Source of the DNA: Gemmatimonadota bacterium
GTDB taxonomy: Bacteria > Gemmatimonadota > Gemmatimonadetes > Gemmatimonadales > Gemmatimonadaceae
Assembly: GCA_031372565.1 (NCBI GenBank)
Contig: JANMLN010000028.1
Coordinates: 1 to 42,946 of the forward strand
Direction of reading: 5' to 3'
DNA: 42,946 bases
Part shown: positions 1-9,309 of the stretch, in pieces
Layout of the letters: every line of letters starts with the position of its first letter
Numbering within the stretch: position 1 is the first letter of the stretch
Notes under the pieces: model-generated
Told to the model about the DNA's origin: nothing
Databases searched by the model: none
Seen by the model: only the letters and a program-made list of their open reading frames with translations
Made by a program: the position numbers and the translations under genes

Positions 1-89
1 ACCCCGAATCCATTTTGAGAACCGCCTATGGCGGCGCGTACCCTGCCGTCTTCCTGCGCGCCGCTATGGACCTGATTCTGTTTTTCTGA
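1..89 (+). CDS. Possible 3' end of a class I glutamine amidotransferase (TrpG/PabA-like), truncated by the window edge
   Basis: Frame 3 reads (H)PESILRTAYGGAYP..., which resembles the HPESILT motif. Stop TGA at 87-89. Only 29 codons are visible. Confidence 0.25.
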   Translation, partial: PESILRTAYGGAYPAVFLRAAMDLILFF

Positions 90-100
90 CCTGGCGCCAC

Positions 101-130
101 AAGCAGGTCCTGCGCTGCGCACTGGACGAC
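101..130 (-). repeat. Degenerate copy of the ~30-bp REP-like element
   Basis: aagcaggtcctgcgctgcgcactggacgac has 4 mismatches to aagcaggtccttcgcttcgctcaggacgac and lies just past the arginase stop. Confidence 0.7.
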
Positions 131-131
131 G

Positions 132-1040
132 TCAGAGAATCCGCTTCCCCAGCGCGCTCGCCACCAGCCCCACCGCCAACTCCGCCGTCCGGTTCGACTG
201 ATCGAGAATCGGGTTCACCTCGACCGCATCGAGCCCGATCAGCTTGCCGCTCTCGGCCAGCATCTCCATCACGAGATGCCCCTCGCGCCAGCTGAAGCCA
301 CCGCTCACCGGCGTGCCAACACCGGGCGCGTGCATCGGATCGAGCGCGTCGAGATCGTAGCTCACCCAGAGTCCGTTGGTCGCACGCCCCACGCTCTGGA
401 TCGCTTCCTCGAGTACCGCAGCCAGGCCACGACGATCAACGTCGGTCATGGTGTAGGTGCGCACGCCGTACTCGCGCAGGTGCGCACGTTCGCCCGCGTC
501 CAGGTCACGAATCCCGATCAACGCCACGTGCCCCGGCTTGACCGCCGGCGCGCCGCCGTTGAGCGCGTTGAGTCGCTTGTCGCCGAAGCCCAACAGATGC
601 GCCACCGGCATGCCGTGCACGTTGCCCGATGGGCTCGTGTCGGGGGTATTGATGTCGGCATGCGCATCGATCCAGAGGAGACCGAGCGATTCGCCCCGCT
701 TGCGCAACGCCCGCGCGGCGCCCGCGACCGAGCCGTGGCCAAGCGAGTGGTCGCCGCCGAGTACCACGGGAAAGTGGCGCGCATCGACGCTGGCCTCGAC
801 GCGGTTCGCGAGATCGGCGCAGATCTCCGCGATCACCGGCAAGAAGTCCATGCCCATGGAGTCCGGCGGGAAGGTGCCCCGATCGGGGACGATCAGGTTG
901 CCATGGTCGGTGACGTCGTGGCCCAGCGCGAGCAGTTCTTCGCGGAGGCGTGCGGCGCGGACAGCAAACGGGCCCATGTCGACGCCGCGGCGACTCGCGC
1001 CCAAGTCGATGGGAACCCCGAAAAGATCGATGAGTGTCAT
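132..1040 (-). CDS. rocF: Arginase
   Basis: Ureohydrolase motifs [29 protein letters not shown] and EVNP. The N-terminal [13 protein letters not shown] is typical of arginase. ATG at 1040 chosen over 1115. Confidence 0.92.
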   Translation of the reverse strand: MTLIDLFGVPIDLGASRRGVDMGPFAVRAARLREELLALGHDVTDHGNLIVPDRGTFPPDSMGMDFLPVIAEICADLANRVEASVDARHFPVVLGGDHSLGHGSVAGAARALRKRGESLGLLWIDAHADINTPDTSPSGNVHGMPVAHLLGFGDKRLNALNGGAPAVKPGHVALIGIRDLDAGERAHLREYGVRTYTMTDVDRRGLAAVLEEAIQSVGRATNGLWVSYDLDALDPMHAPGVGTPVSGGFSWREGHLVMEMLAESGKLIGLDAVEVNPILDQSNRTAELAVGLVASALGKRIL

Positions 1041-1237
1041 GGTGCCGAAAGCTCCCGGATCACACCGGCAAGAACAAGCGGGAGAATCGCGCAAGTCTAT
1101 GCAGTGCAATCGCATAGACAGTCACACGGTGCGATGGCGCGCTGCCAATCGAACGAATGCGTCGATCGCTGCCTACATGACACGAGCGCGCACATCGCTG
1201 CGCGGTACACGCACTGACCCACACCGGTATCCTCTCC

Positions 1238-1795
1238 ATGCGCACACTGAGTCTCTCCGTGATCGCGACGGTCGTCATCCTGAGCGGAGCGAACGAGCTG
1301 CTTGTCCCTCCCACCCCCTCGAGGTCCGACACGGTCGCCGCAACCCCCGCCCCCGCCGCGGTCACCACCCTCCCCCCGCTCGACGGCGCATCCATCTGGC
1401 TCAACAGCGCGCCGCTCGATGCCGCGGCACTCAAGGGGAAGGTCGTCGTGGTCGACTTCTGGACCTTCCTCTGCTCCAACTGCCAGGCCGCGCTCCCGTA
1501 TGTGCGCAAGTTGGACGCCGACTTCCGTGCCAAGGGACTCGTGACCATCGGCGTGCACACGCCCGAGCTGGCCCCGGAGCGTGATCTCGCGAACGTGAAG
1601 AAGGCGGTCGCGCGGCTCAACGTGCAGTACCCCGTGGCCGTCGACCCGGAGTTCACCATCTGGAACCGGTTCAACAACCGCTACTGGCCGTCGATCTACA
1701 TCTTCGACAAGACCGGCAAGCTCCGCTATCACTGGGACGGCGAAGGGGATTACGCCGCGCAGCGCGCACTCGTCCAGCAGCTCCTGGCCGAGTAG
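1238..1795 (+). CDS. Exported redoxin / TlpA-DipZ-like thioredoxin-fold protein
   Basis: WLNS..L...LKGKVVVVDFWTFLCSNC (CxxC), IGVHTPE and NRYWP motifs. Hydrophobic N-terminus. Confidence 0.85.
   Translation: MRTLSLSVIATVVILSGANELLVPPTPSRSDTVAATPAPAAVTTLPPLDGASIWLNSAPLDAAALKGKVVVVDFWTFLCSNCQAALPYVRKLDADFRAKGLVTIGVHTPELAPERDLANVKKAVARLNVQYPVAVDPEFTIWNRFNNRYWPSIYIFDKTGKLRYHWDGEGDYAAQRALVQQLLAE
1274..1303 (+). repeat. REP-like element embedded in-frame in the redoxin signal region (encodes VILSGANELL)
   Basis: gtcatcctgagcggagcgaacgagctgctt matches 27/30 nt of the copy at 12189-12218. Confidence 0.75.
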
Positions 1796-1823
1796 GCAGC
1801 GGGCCGCACCAAGCGGGCCGCAC

Positions 1824-1850
1824 TAACAGTTCGGAGGGGGTAGGCGTCTA
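1824..1850 (+). promoter_or_regulatory. Putative ECF-sigma-type promoter (AAC-N17-CGTCTA) upstream of the Spy/CpxP-like gene
   Basis: tAAC agttcggagggggtagg CGTCTA, preceded by the direct repeat agcgggccgcac at 1798 and 1812. Confidence 0.35.
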
Positions 1851-1947
1851 GTAGGTAGACGACCTGCGCGACACTCGCTGCTCGGCATGGTCGGGCAGCT
1901 GCTTCCCACGGCGCTGATGGCGCCCCTTCCGCACGAGGCATTGCACG

Positions 1948-2703
1948 ATGCGAACCCTCCACTCTCTCGCGACCGCTGGCCTGATGCTCGCGAGCGCGCT
2001 TCCCGCGCTTGCGCAACAGGGTACGATGCCGCGGACACCCGCGCCCGGCGCCGACGGCTCGATGCCGCGTCGTCCCGGCATGCCCGGCGGCATGCCCGGC
2101 GGCATGCCCGGCGGCATGCCCGGGCCCGGCATGATGATGAAGCGCCCCGGTTCTCCTGCGGCCATGTTGGCGCAGCTCAAGACGCCGCTCAACCTCACCG
2201 ACGATCAGGTCAGGCGGCTCGAGACGCTGGCGAACGCGCAGAAGTCCGCGCTCGAGCCGAACGAAGGCGCCATGTTGCGCGCCCAGGCGGATCTCGCCGA
2301 CGCCCGCAAGGGTGAAGGCGACCTCGCCGCAACACGCAAGGCGCTCGAAAAGGTGGCCTCGCTGCGCATTGACCGCGCCATCGCGCACCTCAAGGCGATG
2401 CAGGAGGCGCGGGCGATTCTCACGGCCGATCAGCGCGAGAAGCTGCCCGCCATGCGCGGCCAGATGATGGGCCGCGGTGCGCACGGTGGCCCGAACGGGC
2501 ATCACGGCATGATGGGTCCGGGCGGCCCGGGCATGGACCACGGTGGTCCGATGGGCGGCCCCGGCGGCATGCGCGGCCGAGGGATGGGGCCTGGCGGTCC
2601 TGGTGGTCCCGGCGGCATGGGCCCCGGTGGCCCCGGCACCGATGACGACGAGTTCGATGTCGACGGCCTGCTGCTTCCCGACGAGCTGGACCCGGCGCGG
2701 TAG
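1948..2703 (+). CDS. Spy/CpxP-like (LTxxQ motif) periplasmic protein with Gly/Met/Pro-rich arms
   Basis: Signal peptide ending ALA-QQ. LNLTDDQ and ILTADQ motifs flank a helical core. Confidence 0.75.
   Translation: MRTLHSLATAGLMLASALPALAQQGTMPRTPAPGADGSMPRRPGMPGGMPGGMPGGMPGPGMMMKRPGSPAAMLAQLKTPLNLTDDQVRRLETLANAQKSALEPNEGAMLRAQADLADARKGEGDLAATRKALEKVASLRIDRAIAHLKAMQEARAILTADQREKLPAMRGQMMGRGAHGGPNGHHGMMGPGGPGMDHGGPMGGPGGMRGRGMGPGGPGGPGGMGPGGPGTDDDEFDVDGLLLPDELDPAR
2077..2124 (+). repeat. Coding 12-bp tandem repeat (ggcatgcccggc x4, GMPG)
   Basis: Read directly from the sequence. The last copy ends in ggg. Confidence 0.9.
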
Positions 2704-2790
2704 CACTTCGCACCGCAGGACAGCGCTGGCGGACGGTGCCAGCGTGATCGAGGGGTGTCGTGCGACGGTGCACGGCGCCCCTCGTGCCGT

Positions 2791-3414
2791 CTAGCGCGTG
2801 GTCTGGTACTTCCAGTTGCGCGACTTGCCGTCGCGCAGCATCTCCATCGTCTGGCCGAGACGCTTGGCGCGCGTCTCCGCGCGCTTGGCCTCCACGATCC
2901 ACTCGACGTACTCCTTCCGGTGGCTCGGCGAAAAGCCGTCCCATGTTGCACGCGCCTTGGCGTCCTTCTTGAGCGCTGCCGCCAGGTCGTCGGGAGTCTT
3001 GGCGAGCACGGCCGCTGGAAGCTTGGTGCCCATGCGCGCGGTCTTGTCGCGTACCGGCTTGACCCCTGCTTCGTTGTTCTTCATCGCCGCCTTGATGAAG
3101 CGCGTGAGCGTCGCCCGGTTGGGCAAGTCCGTGATCGCCGTGATCCGGCCGAACGAACCCATGGCGGGCTCGCCCGCGAGCGTCAGCCCGGGGATCGCGC
3201 CGGGATTCCAGAAGCCGAAGGCGCAGTGCGCCTTGAACGACGACATCGCGCACATGATCCCGTGATAGTCGAAGTGGGGGAAGCCCCACTTGATCGTCTC
3301 GACACACTCGGGACAGGCGGCGTGCACCACCGCGCGGATGTGCATGAGAATCGGCTGCGCGAATGGCTGCGCCTTGGCGATGTACGCGTCGACGCGCGGG
3401 TCGAGGGTCGGCAT
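2791..3414 (-). CDS. YdeI/OmpD-associated family protein (DUF1801 N-terminus)
   Basis: DPRVDAYI..AQPFAQPIL, ETIKWGFP, FSPSHRKEYVEWI.EAKR.ETR.KR. Confidence 0.85.
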   Translation of the reverse strand: MPTLDPRVDAYIAKAQPFAQPILMHIRAVVHAACPECVETIKWGFPHFDYHGIMCAMSSFKAHCAFGFWNPGAIPGLTLAGEPAMGSFGRITAITDLPNRATLTRFIKAAMKNNEAGVKPVRDKTARMGTKLPAAVLAKTPDDLAAALKKDAKARATWDGFSPSHRKEYVEWIVEAKRAETRAKRLGQTMEMLRDGKSRNWKYQTTR

Positions 3415-3493
3415 GGGCGGAACGCTCCACCGGTGAACGTCATGGACCGTGCGCTCCTGCGGCGCACGCCTCGTCAATCAGCGCTGTGCGAGC

Positions 3494-3886
3494 TCAACCC
3501 GCAATACGCCGCGCCTTGGCCTCCCGCCGACCGACCGACCGTTCGAGGGCGGCACCATGCTGCTCCACCCACCCGCACAACTCGGCCAGCGGCTCGTTGA
3601 GTGACTCACCCAATGGCGTCAGGGAGTACTCCACGCGCGGCGGCACCTGCAGGAACACCTCGCGTATGATCATGCCGTGCGACTCGAGCGAGCGCAGCGT
3701 CTGCGTCAGCATCTTCTGCGACACGCCATGCAACTCCCGGCGCAGCTCCCCGGTGCGTTTCGTGCCGCGCCCCAACGCGTGCAACACGGGAATGGTCCAC
3801 TTGTCGGCCAGGAGGGCGAGCACGACGCGGCTCCCGGGCCACTTGATGAAGAGGGCGTCCGCAGGGTTGGTCTTGGTGCGCGGCAT
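3494..3886 (-). CDS. HxlR-family winged-helix transcriptional regulator
   Basis: LADKWT, GVSQKMLTQTLRSLE.HG, VPPRVEYSLTPLG. Confidence 0.92.
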   Translation of the reverse strand: MPRTKTNPADALFIKWPGSRVVLALLADKWTIPVLHALGRGTKRTGELRRELHGVSQKMLTQTLRSLESHGMIIREVFLQVPPRVEYSLTPLGESLNEPLAELCGWVEQHGAALERSVGRREAKARRIAG

Positions 3887-3906
3887 CGAGAAGGGACCTG
3901 AAGAGG

Positions 3907-3952
3907 ATAGGTACCAATCAGTACCTATGGATGAAGCGGGTACGTACCTATC
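3907..3952. promoter_or_regulatory. Putative operator between the divergent HxlR and reductase genes
   Basis: Perfect inverted repeat ATAGGTAC-N6-GTACCTAT at 3907-3928, with a further GTACCTAT half-site at 3944-3951. Confidence 0.5.
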
Positions 3953-4093
3953 GCGGATTGGTAAACAATACTACTCTCGAGGCAACTGTCGAGCGCCGCA
4001 CGCTGCCGCGCCGGCAACCTCGTCACCGGGCAGCAGAACGTCTCCGGCGGTGAGACCGCACGCGTGATCATCGACGCCCTCGGAGGCTGAGCC

Positions 4094-4723
4094 ATGCACA
4101 TCGCCATCATCGGTACGGGCAACCTGGGCGGCGCACTCGGCCGCCGCTGGGCCGCCGCGGGACACACCCTCACCTACGGCTCGCGCAATCCGGCCACCGA
4201 CGAGGTCAAGGGCGGCCTGCCACCCGGCGCACGCCTCGCCACGAACGCCGAGGCCATCACCAATGCCGACGCGATTGTCATTGCCACCCCCGCGATGGCG
4301 GTGCGCGACGTGGTGACCGCACTCGGGCCTGCGCTCGACGGGCGCATTGTCATCGACGCCACCAATCCGGTGGGGCCGGGCCTCGTGTTGCTGCGCGGCG
4401 CGGATGGGGCATCACAGGGTGAACAGGTGCAGGCGCTCGCCCCCAACGTCCGCGTGGTCAAGGCACTCAACCAGGTGGGGGCCAACGTGATCGACGCGCA
4501 TGATCTGACCGCGCGCGCCGTCCAGTTCGTGGCAGGCGATGACGCCGAGGCCCGCGCGACTGCGGTGCAGCTCACGCGCGACGCCGGCTTCGATGCCATC
4601 GATGCGGGTCCGATGCGTCGCGCACGCGAGCTCGAGCATTTCGCGATGCTCTGGATTTCGCTCTCCGCCAACAAGAGCGCGGGACTCGGCCGTGACTTCG
4701 CCTTCACCATCACGCGTCGCTGA
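4094..4723 (+). CDS. NADPH-dependent F420 reductase-like (F420_oxidored) dinucleotide-binding enzyme
   Basis: IAIIGTGNLG Rossmann motif, IDATNP, VVKALN, AGDD. SD ggagg upstream. Confidence 0.85.
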   Translation: MHIAIIGTGNLGGALGRRWAAAGHTLTYGSRNPATDEVKGGLPPGARLATNAEAITNADAIVIATPAMAVRDVVTALGPALDGRIVIDATNPVGPGLVLLRGADGASQGEQVQALAPNVRVVKALNQVGANVIDAHDLTARAVQFVAGDDAEARATAVQLTRDAGFDAIDAGPMRRARELEHFAMLWISLSANKSAGLGRDFAFTITRR

Positions 4724-4750
4724 CGACAACACCGCACCTGCCGTCGCGCG

Positions 4751-6043
4751 TTACGGCGCGCGCACGACCGCGCCGTCCTTCACCACGGCGACCACGGCGC
4801 GCGTCGCACCAATGTTCTTCGTCGGGTCACCGGTCACGGCAACCAGATCCGCCAATGCGCCCGCCTTGATCACGCCGAGCGTGCCGTCGTAACCGAGCGC
4901 CTTGCCGGCAACGCTCGTGGCCGAGCGCATGGCCTGGAGCGGGGTGAGCCCGTACTCCACGAGCAGCTCGAGTTCGCGGGCGTTGTCGCCGTGGGTGAAC
5001 ACCCCCACGTCGCTGCCGTTCGCGAACACGACACCAGCGTCGATGGCCGCCTTCACGCTCGCGCGCTTGGCCGTGATGCTGGCGGGCTCGGTGCCGACGC
5101 CCGGCTTCCATCCGCGGTAGCGCTGGATGGCATCGCCAGCGGCAATCGTCGGGCAGAACGCGACCCCCTTCTGCGCCATCAACCGGAACACCTCGGGGGT
5201 GCCCGCATCGCCGTGCTCGATGGTGCTGACGCCGCCCATGATCGCGCGTGTCATCCCCTCGACCGAACTCGCGTGCGCGACCACCGGCCGTCCGCTCTCG
5301 CGGGCGATCTCGACGACGCGCGTGATCTCCTCGACGGTGAAGGCGGGGCGCGTCTCGCCACGCGGACCCCAGCGATAGTCGGCGTAGATCTTGACCCAGT
5401 CGGCGCCGCGCCGGATCTGGTCGCGCGTCACGCGCGTGAGCTCCTCGATCCCGCCCGCTTCCTCGGCGCCCTGCGGCACCTGCACTTCCGGGGCAAACCC
5501 CTTGGGACCGTAGGTACCGCGCATGACGATGGCGCGATTGGCCACGAACAAGCGCGGTCCCGGAATCACGCCAATCTCGATGGCGTGTCGGAGCCCGGCG
5601 TCGGTGTCGCCCGCCCCTTCGGTTCCCAGGTCGCGCAGCGTCGTGAATCCCGCGTTGAGCGTGTTGCGGAGGTGGTTCGTGGCGCGTGCAACGCGTTCGC
5701 CGAGCGCCTCCTTGAGCACCTGATCATCCCAGCTGGTCTCGTTGTAGGGATGCAGCAGCACATGCGAGTGCAGGTCGATCAGGCCGGGGATCAGCGTGGT
5801 ATTCGGCAGGTCGAGCACGCGCGCGCCACTCGGTACGCCGATCTGCGCGGCACTGCCGATCGCGTCGATGCGGTTGCCGCGTACCAGCACCACCATCCCC
5901 GTCTGTGCGGCGTCGGCCACGCCGTCCCACACGCGAGCGGGGCGGAGCAGCAGGAGGGAGGCGGAGTCAGGACGTGCCTGCGCACCAGCGGCGGGCGCGA
6001 GGCAGCTGAGCAGCGCGATGACAAGACGGCGAAAGTGGGACAT
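4751..6043 (-). CDS. Secreted metal-dependent amidohydrolase (Xaa-Pro dipeptidase-like)
   Basis: Signal peptide, PGLIDLHSH, GFTTLRDLG, VVAHA, TIEHG, GSDVG, GALADL. Confidence 0.88.
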   Translation of the reverse strand: MSHFRRLVIALLSCLAPAAGAQARPDSASLLLLRPARVWDGVADAAQTGMVVLVRGNRIDAIGSAAQIGVPSGARVLDLPNTTLIPGLIDLHSHVLLHPYNETSWDDQVLKEALGERVARATNHLRNTLNAGFTTLRDLGTEGAGDTDAGLRHAIEIGVIPGPRLFVANRAIVMRGTYGPKGFAPEVQVPQGAEEAGGIEELTRVTRDQIRRGADWVKIYADYRWGPRGETRPAFTVEEITRVVEIARESGRPVVAHASSVEGMTRAIMGGVSTIEHGDAGTPEVFRLMAQKGVAFCPTIAAGDAIQRYRGWKPGVGTEPASITAKRASVKAAIDAGVVFANGSDVGVFTHGDNARELELLVEYGLTPLQAMRSATSVAGKALGYDGTLGVIKAGALADLVAVTGDPTKNIGATRAVVAVVKDGAVVRAP

Positions 6044-6149
6044 CGATGGCACGCGGTCGAAGGAAGCCGAACGGGTTGGGATCAACATGACGACGCCCGC
6101 GACGCAGGGCGAGCGTCACGGGCGTGGAGACGAGGGGGCGCGCGGGCGG

Positions 6150-6770
6150 TCAGCCGGTCGCGAGGACACCTGCCAGGACGGGGTAGAAGAAGCTCCAGGT
6201 TCCGTTGTTGGCATTGAAGACCGGCGGCGAGCCCCACCCGATGCGGTTGTAGAGGCTGTTGAGGACGTCCTTGCTGCGCGAGGTGATGATGACCGTGGTG
6301 TAGATCGTCGGCGGAGCCGTGAACCCGATGCTGTTCGTGAATCCGAGGTCATCGTTGGTCCACGTCGGCGTCTCGATGGCACTCATGCAGCGACGGCGGC
6401 AGAGTGGCCAGCCCGGATGGGAGACGTTGTTGATCAGCCAGTTGTTGATCTCGAAGGCGTAGTTCGACGTGTCCTGCTGGAACTTGAAGCCGAGCGGGAG
6501 AAACTCCTTGAGATCATTCGGCACCGTGCGGGACTGCGTCTGATTGGCGATCGTGGTGAAGTTGCCACAGCGGCCCTTGCCGCAGCTGGCCTGGATCGCC
6601 ATGTCGACGGCGCGCAGGTCGGCCATCGCTTGATTCACGAGCGCGGTCTGGCGAACGCTCAGCACCACCGGCGCGGCCAGCCCGGTGAGCACCGCCACGA
6701 TGCCCACGACGACCATGAGCTCGACGAGCGTCATGCCGCGCCGGATGCGACGTCCCACGAACCGGGTCAC
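6150..6770 (-). CDS. Type IV pilin / pseudopilin-like protein with prepilin cleavage-methylation motif
   Basis: Basic leader followed by G|MTLVELMVVVGIVAVL (class III signal with E5). The GTG start overlaps the upstream stop (GTGA). Confidence 0.85.
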   Translation of the reverse strand: MTRFVGRRIRRGMTLVELMVVVGIVAVLTGLAAPVVLSVRQTALVNQAMADLRAVDMAIQASCGKGRCGNFTTIANQTQSRTVPNDLKEFLPLGFKFQQDTSNYAFEINNWLINNVSHPGWPLCRRRCMSAIETPTWTNDDLGFTNSIGFTAPPTIYTTVIITSRSKDVLNSLYNRIGWGSPPVFNANNGTWSFFYPVLAGVLATG

Positions 6771-7318
6771 TTGAGTTTGGTCTCGCGCATGCGCATCACG
6801 CTTCCACCGAGAAATGCCGACAACGACGAATCGGACTGCCACGTGAGCACGATCGACGAATCCCGGATCGAGAGCCGGTACCGCAGGCTGTCCACACGCT
6901 GGTACGTCACGCCCGGGAACTGCTTGTCCGTCTGCAACAGGCTGCCCGGCAATTGCCCCGTCCGATCCCTGAAATCCTCGATACTCACGGCCTGCAACAT
7001 GACCTGATACCGCAAGGCATCTGCACGCTCCAGCGGCTGGAGTTCCCGGACCTGCGGCTTGAGAACGACCAACTGCACGGCCCAGATGATGACCCCCAAC
7101 CCGACCAACAAGCCCGCCACCACCGGCCGCCGGTACCACTCCACCGTGGGCGACAACGGATGCGAAAGACGAGCCTGCTCTTCCTCGGCCGCCGTCTTGA
7201 CCTCACCGATGGTGCGCTGAAGCTCTTCGGGGGTGAGCAAGGACTGCGCGGACAGCCGCGCCGTGATGCGTACCTCCCGTTCAGGTACCTCGTCCGGTTC
7301 GATCAGCGGTGTTTCCAT
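6767..7318 (-). CDS. Hypothetical single-pass membrane protein, coupled to the pilin gene; pseudopilin-like C-terminal half
   Basis: One TM helix (VVAGLLVGLGVIIWAV), then ..SIEDFRDRTGQLPGSL. Start position uncertain. Confidence 0.65.
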   Translation of the reverse strand: METPLIEPDEVPEREVRITARLSAQSLLTPEELQRTIGEVKTAAEEEQARLSHPLSPTVEWYRRPVVAGLLVGLGVIIWAVQLVVLKPQVRELQPLERADALRYQVMLQAVSIEDFRDRTGQLPGSLLQTDKQFPGVTYQRVDSLRYRLSIRDSSIVLTWQSDSSLSAFLGGSVMRMRETKLK

Positions 7319-7323
7319 GACCT

Positions 7324-7339
7324 TGCAATCGGCGTGCCA
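7324..7339 (-). promoter_or_regulatory. Sigma54 (-24/-12) promoter motif
   Basis: Minus strand TGGCACGCCGATTGCA matches the consensus TGGCACGNNNNTTGCW. An inverted repeat GTCACA-N7-TGTGAC lies upstream at 7387-7405. Confidence 0.6.
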
Positions 7340-7508
7340 GAGACTGTGAAATATACCGGCATCGCGCGCCCACCAATGCGCGCCGCGTCACAAATGCGAT
7401 GTGACCATCTCACCCGACCCATCTCGTTGTCAAATAAAGAGATACAATCCACAACGGCGCAGGGCAAGGGCGCATCAGCTCGCCCTGCCCGCGCGGTCGC
7501 GCCTCGCG

Positions 7509-9155
7509 CTACATCGCCGGTCGGCGACTCGGTCGCTTGAACTCGGCATCCTTGTTCCACTGCGGCCACGCCGACGAGTTCGCCAGCACCTTGGCAAAGT
7601 CGAGCACGATGGTGGACAGCTGCACCGCCCCGCTCAGGTCGAAGGCTGGCTTGTAGTTGTCCGACGGCTGGTGATACCGGTGCGCCACATAGTCCTCGCC
7701 CTGCGCAACGCCCCAGCCCGCCGGCTTCCCTTCAAACGTGTCCCCCGCGCCGATCGACAGCGACGGCACCCCCGCCTTGGCAAACATGAAGTGGTCCGAG
7801 CGATAGAACGCGCCGCGCTCGGGAAACGCTTCCGGCACGATCCGGATGCCACGCGGTTGCAGATACGCGCCCAACTGCGGACCCAGCGAGCTCTTGGTAT
7901 CCCCCAACACGTTCAGGTCCTTCACGCGCCCCAGCAGGTTGCCGCCATCCATGTTCAGGTTGGCCACCGTGAGCGTCAGCGGCACCACGGGATGTTCGGC
8001 CAGGTACTGCGACCCGAGCAGTCCGCTCTCTTCCGCGGTCACAAACGCGAACAGCAACGAGCGACGCGCCCGCGGGCCCTCTGCGGCCGCGCGTGCCAGG
8101 GCCAACAGGTTGGCCGTCCCCGACGCGTTGTCCTCGGTGCCGTTGTAGATCGAGTCGCCGTCCACCTTGGGGCCAAGCCCCAGGTGATCCCAGTGCGCCG
8201 ACAAGACCACGAACTCGCTCGCCCCCTTCGGGTCCTTGCCCTTGAGTTGCGCGAGCACGTTCTCGCTCTCGAGATGCTGCACCGTGTTGCTGAACGCGAT
8301 ATCCAGCGTGATGCCGGTGTTCACCGGGCGGAACTCGCGTGACTCCGCGCGCGTGCGGAGCTGCGCGAGGTCGAGCCCGGCCTGCGCCAGCAGCGCGGCG
8401 GCCACCGTGTCCTTGATCCAGCCGCGGACGCTGAGCGGGGCGGGGGCGTTGGCGGGCCGCGGCAGCATCCGCTGTTCCTTGGCCCAGCTTCCTTCAACCG
8501 TGTGCCACGGATAGCCCGCGCGCTCGGTCGTGTGAATCACGAGTACCCCGGCCGCGCCGCGTCGCTCGGCCTCCTCGAACTTGTACGGATAGCGCCCGTA
8601 CCAAGTCATCGCTCGGCCGCCAAACAACGTCGGTTCACTCTCGGGAGCGGGCGGATCGTTCACGAGCACGAGCAAGAGCTTCCCCTTCACGTCCACGTCC
8701 TTGAAGTCGTTCCACCGATACTCCGGGGCCGTTGCGCCGTACCCCACGAACACCACCTCGGCTCTCGCCGCACTCTGTTCGACGGCAGCACCTGCCCACA
8801 TGACGACGTCGTCGGGGTAGCGCAGCGTGGCGGTGGCCTTGCCTGTGGCGTTCAGGCGCATGCCGTCGCGGGTCGCGCCCACGATGTCGATCGGCACCTT
8901 CTGGAACCAGCTGTTGTTGTCGCCCGCCGGTTCGAGCCCGAACGCCTGCAGCTGGGCGGCGATGTATTCCGCCGCGAGGCGACCGCCGCGCGTGGCTGGT
9001 GCACGACCCTCGAGCAGGTCATGCGAGAGGAAGCGCAGGTGCGCGTCGATCTCGCGCGTGGTGATGGGGCGCGCGGGGAGCGCCTTGTCCTGCGCGGCCA
9101 ATGCCGGCGCGAGCAGGAGGAGTGAACCAGCAACCGCAAGCAGGGCAGGGTGCAT
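7509..9155 (-). CDS. Secreted M28 family metallopeptidase with PA domain
   Basis: Signal peptide, SAHWDHLG, DNASG, AEESGLLGS, RSDH, YHQPSD. Confidence 0.9.
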   Translation of the reverse strand: MHPALLAVAGSLLLLAPALAAQDKALPARPITTREIDAHLRFLSHDLLEGRAPATRGGRLAAEYIAAQLQAFGLEPAGDNNSWFQKVPIDIVGATRDGMRLNATGKATATLRYPDDVVMWAGAAVEQSAARAEVVFVGYGATAPEYRWNDFKDVDVKGKLLLVLVNDPPAPESEPTLFGGRAMTWYGRYPYKFEEAERRGAAGVLVIHTTERAGYPWHTVEGSWAKEQRMLPRPANAPAPLSVRGWIKDTVAAALLAQAGLDLAQLRTRAESREFRPVNTGITLDIAFSNTVQHLESENVLAQLKGKDPKGASEFVVLSAHWDHLGLGPKVDGDSIYNGTEDNASGTANLLALARAAAEGPRARRSLLFAFVTAEESGLLGSQYLAEHPVVPLTLTVANLNMDGGNLLGRVKDLNVLGDTKSSLGPQLGAYLQPRGIRIVPEAFPERGAFYRSDHFMFAKAGVPSLSIGAGDTFEGKPAGWGVAQGEDYVAHRYHQPSDNYKPAFDLSGAVQLSTIVLDFAKVLANSSAWPQWNKDAEFKRPSRRPAM

Positions 9156-9309
9156 CTGGGCTCGACGCAGGAGGAAAACTTGAGCGGTGCGGATGGCGCC
9201 GCACCGTCATGGATGGTAACGTCGGGCATCGGCACGGGGAAACAGGCGCTTGATCTGTCCCCGAATCGGTCCGGTTGTTCCACTCACCACTCACACAGGG
9301 TCTGCGCGC

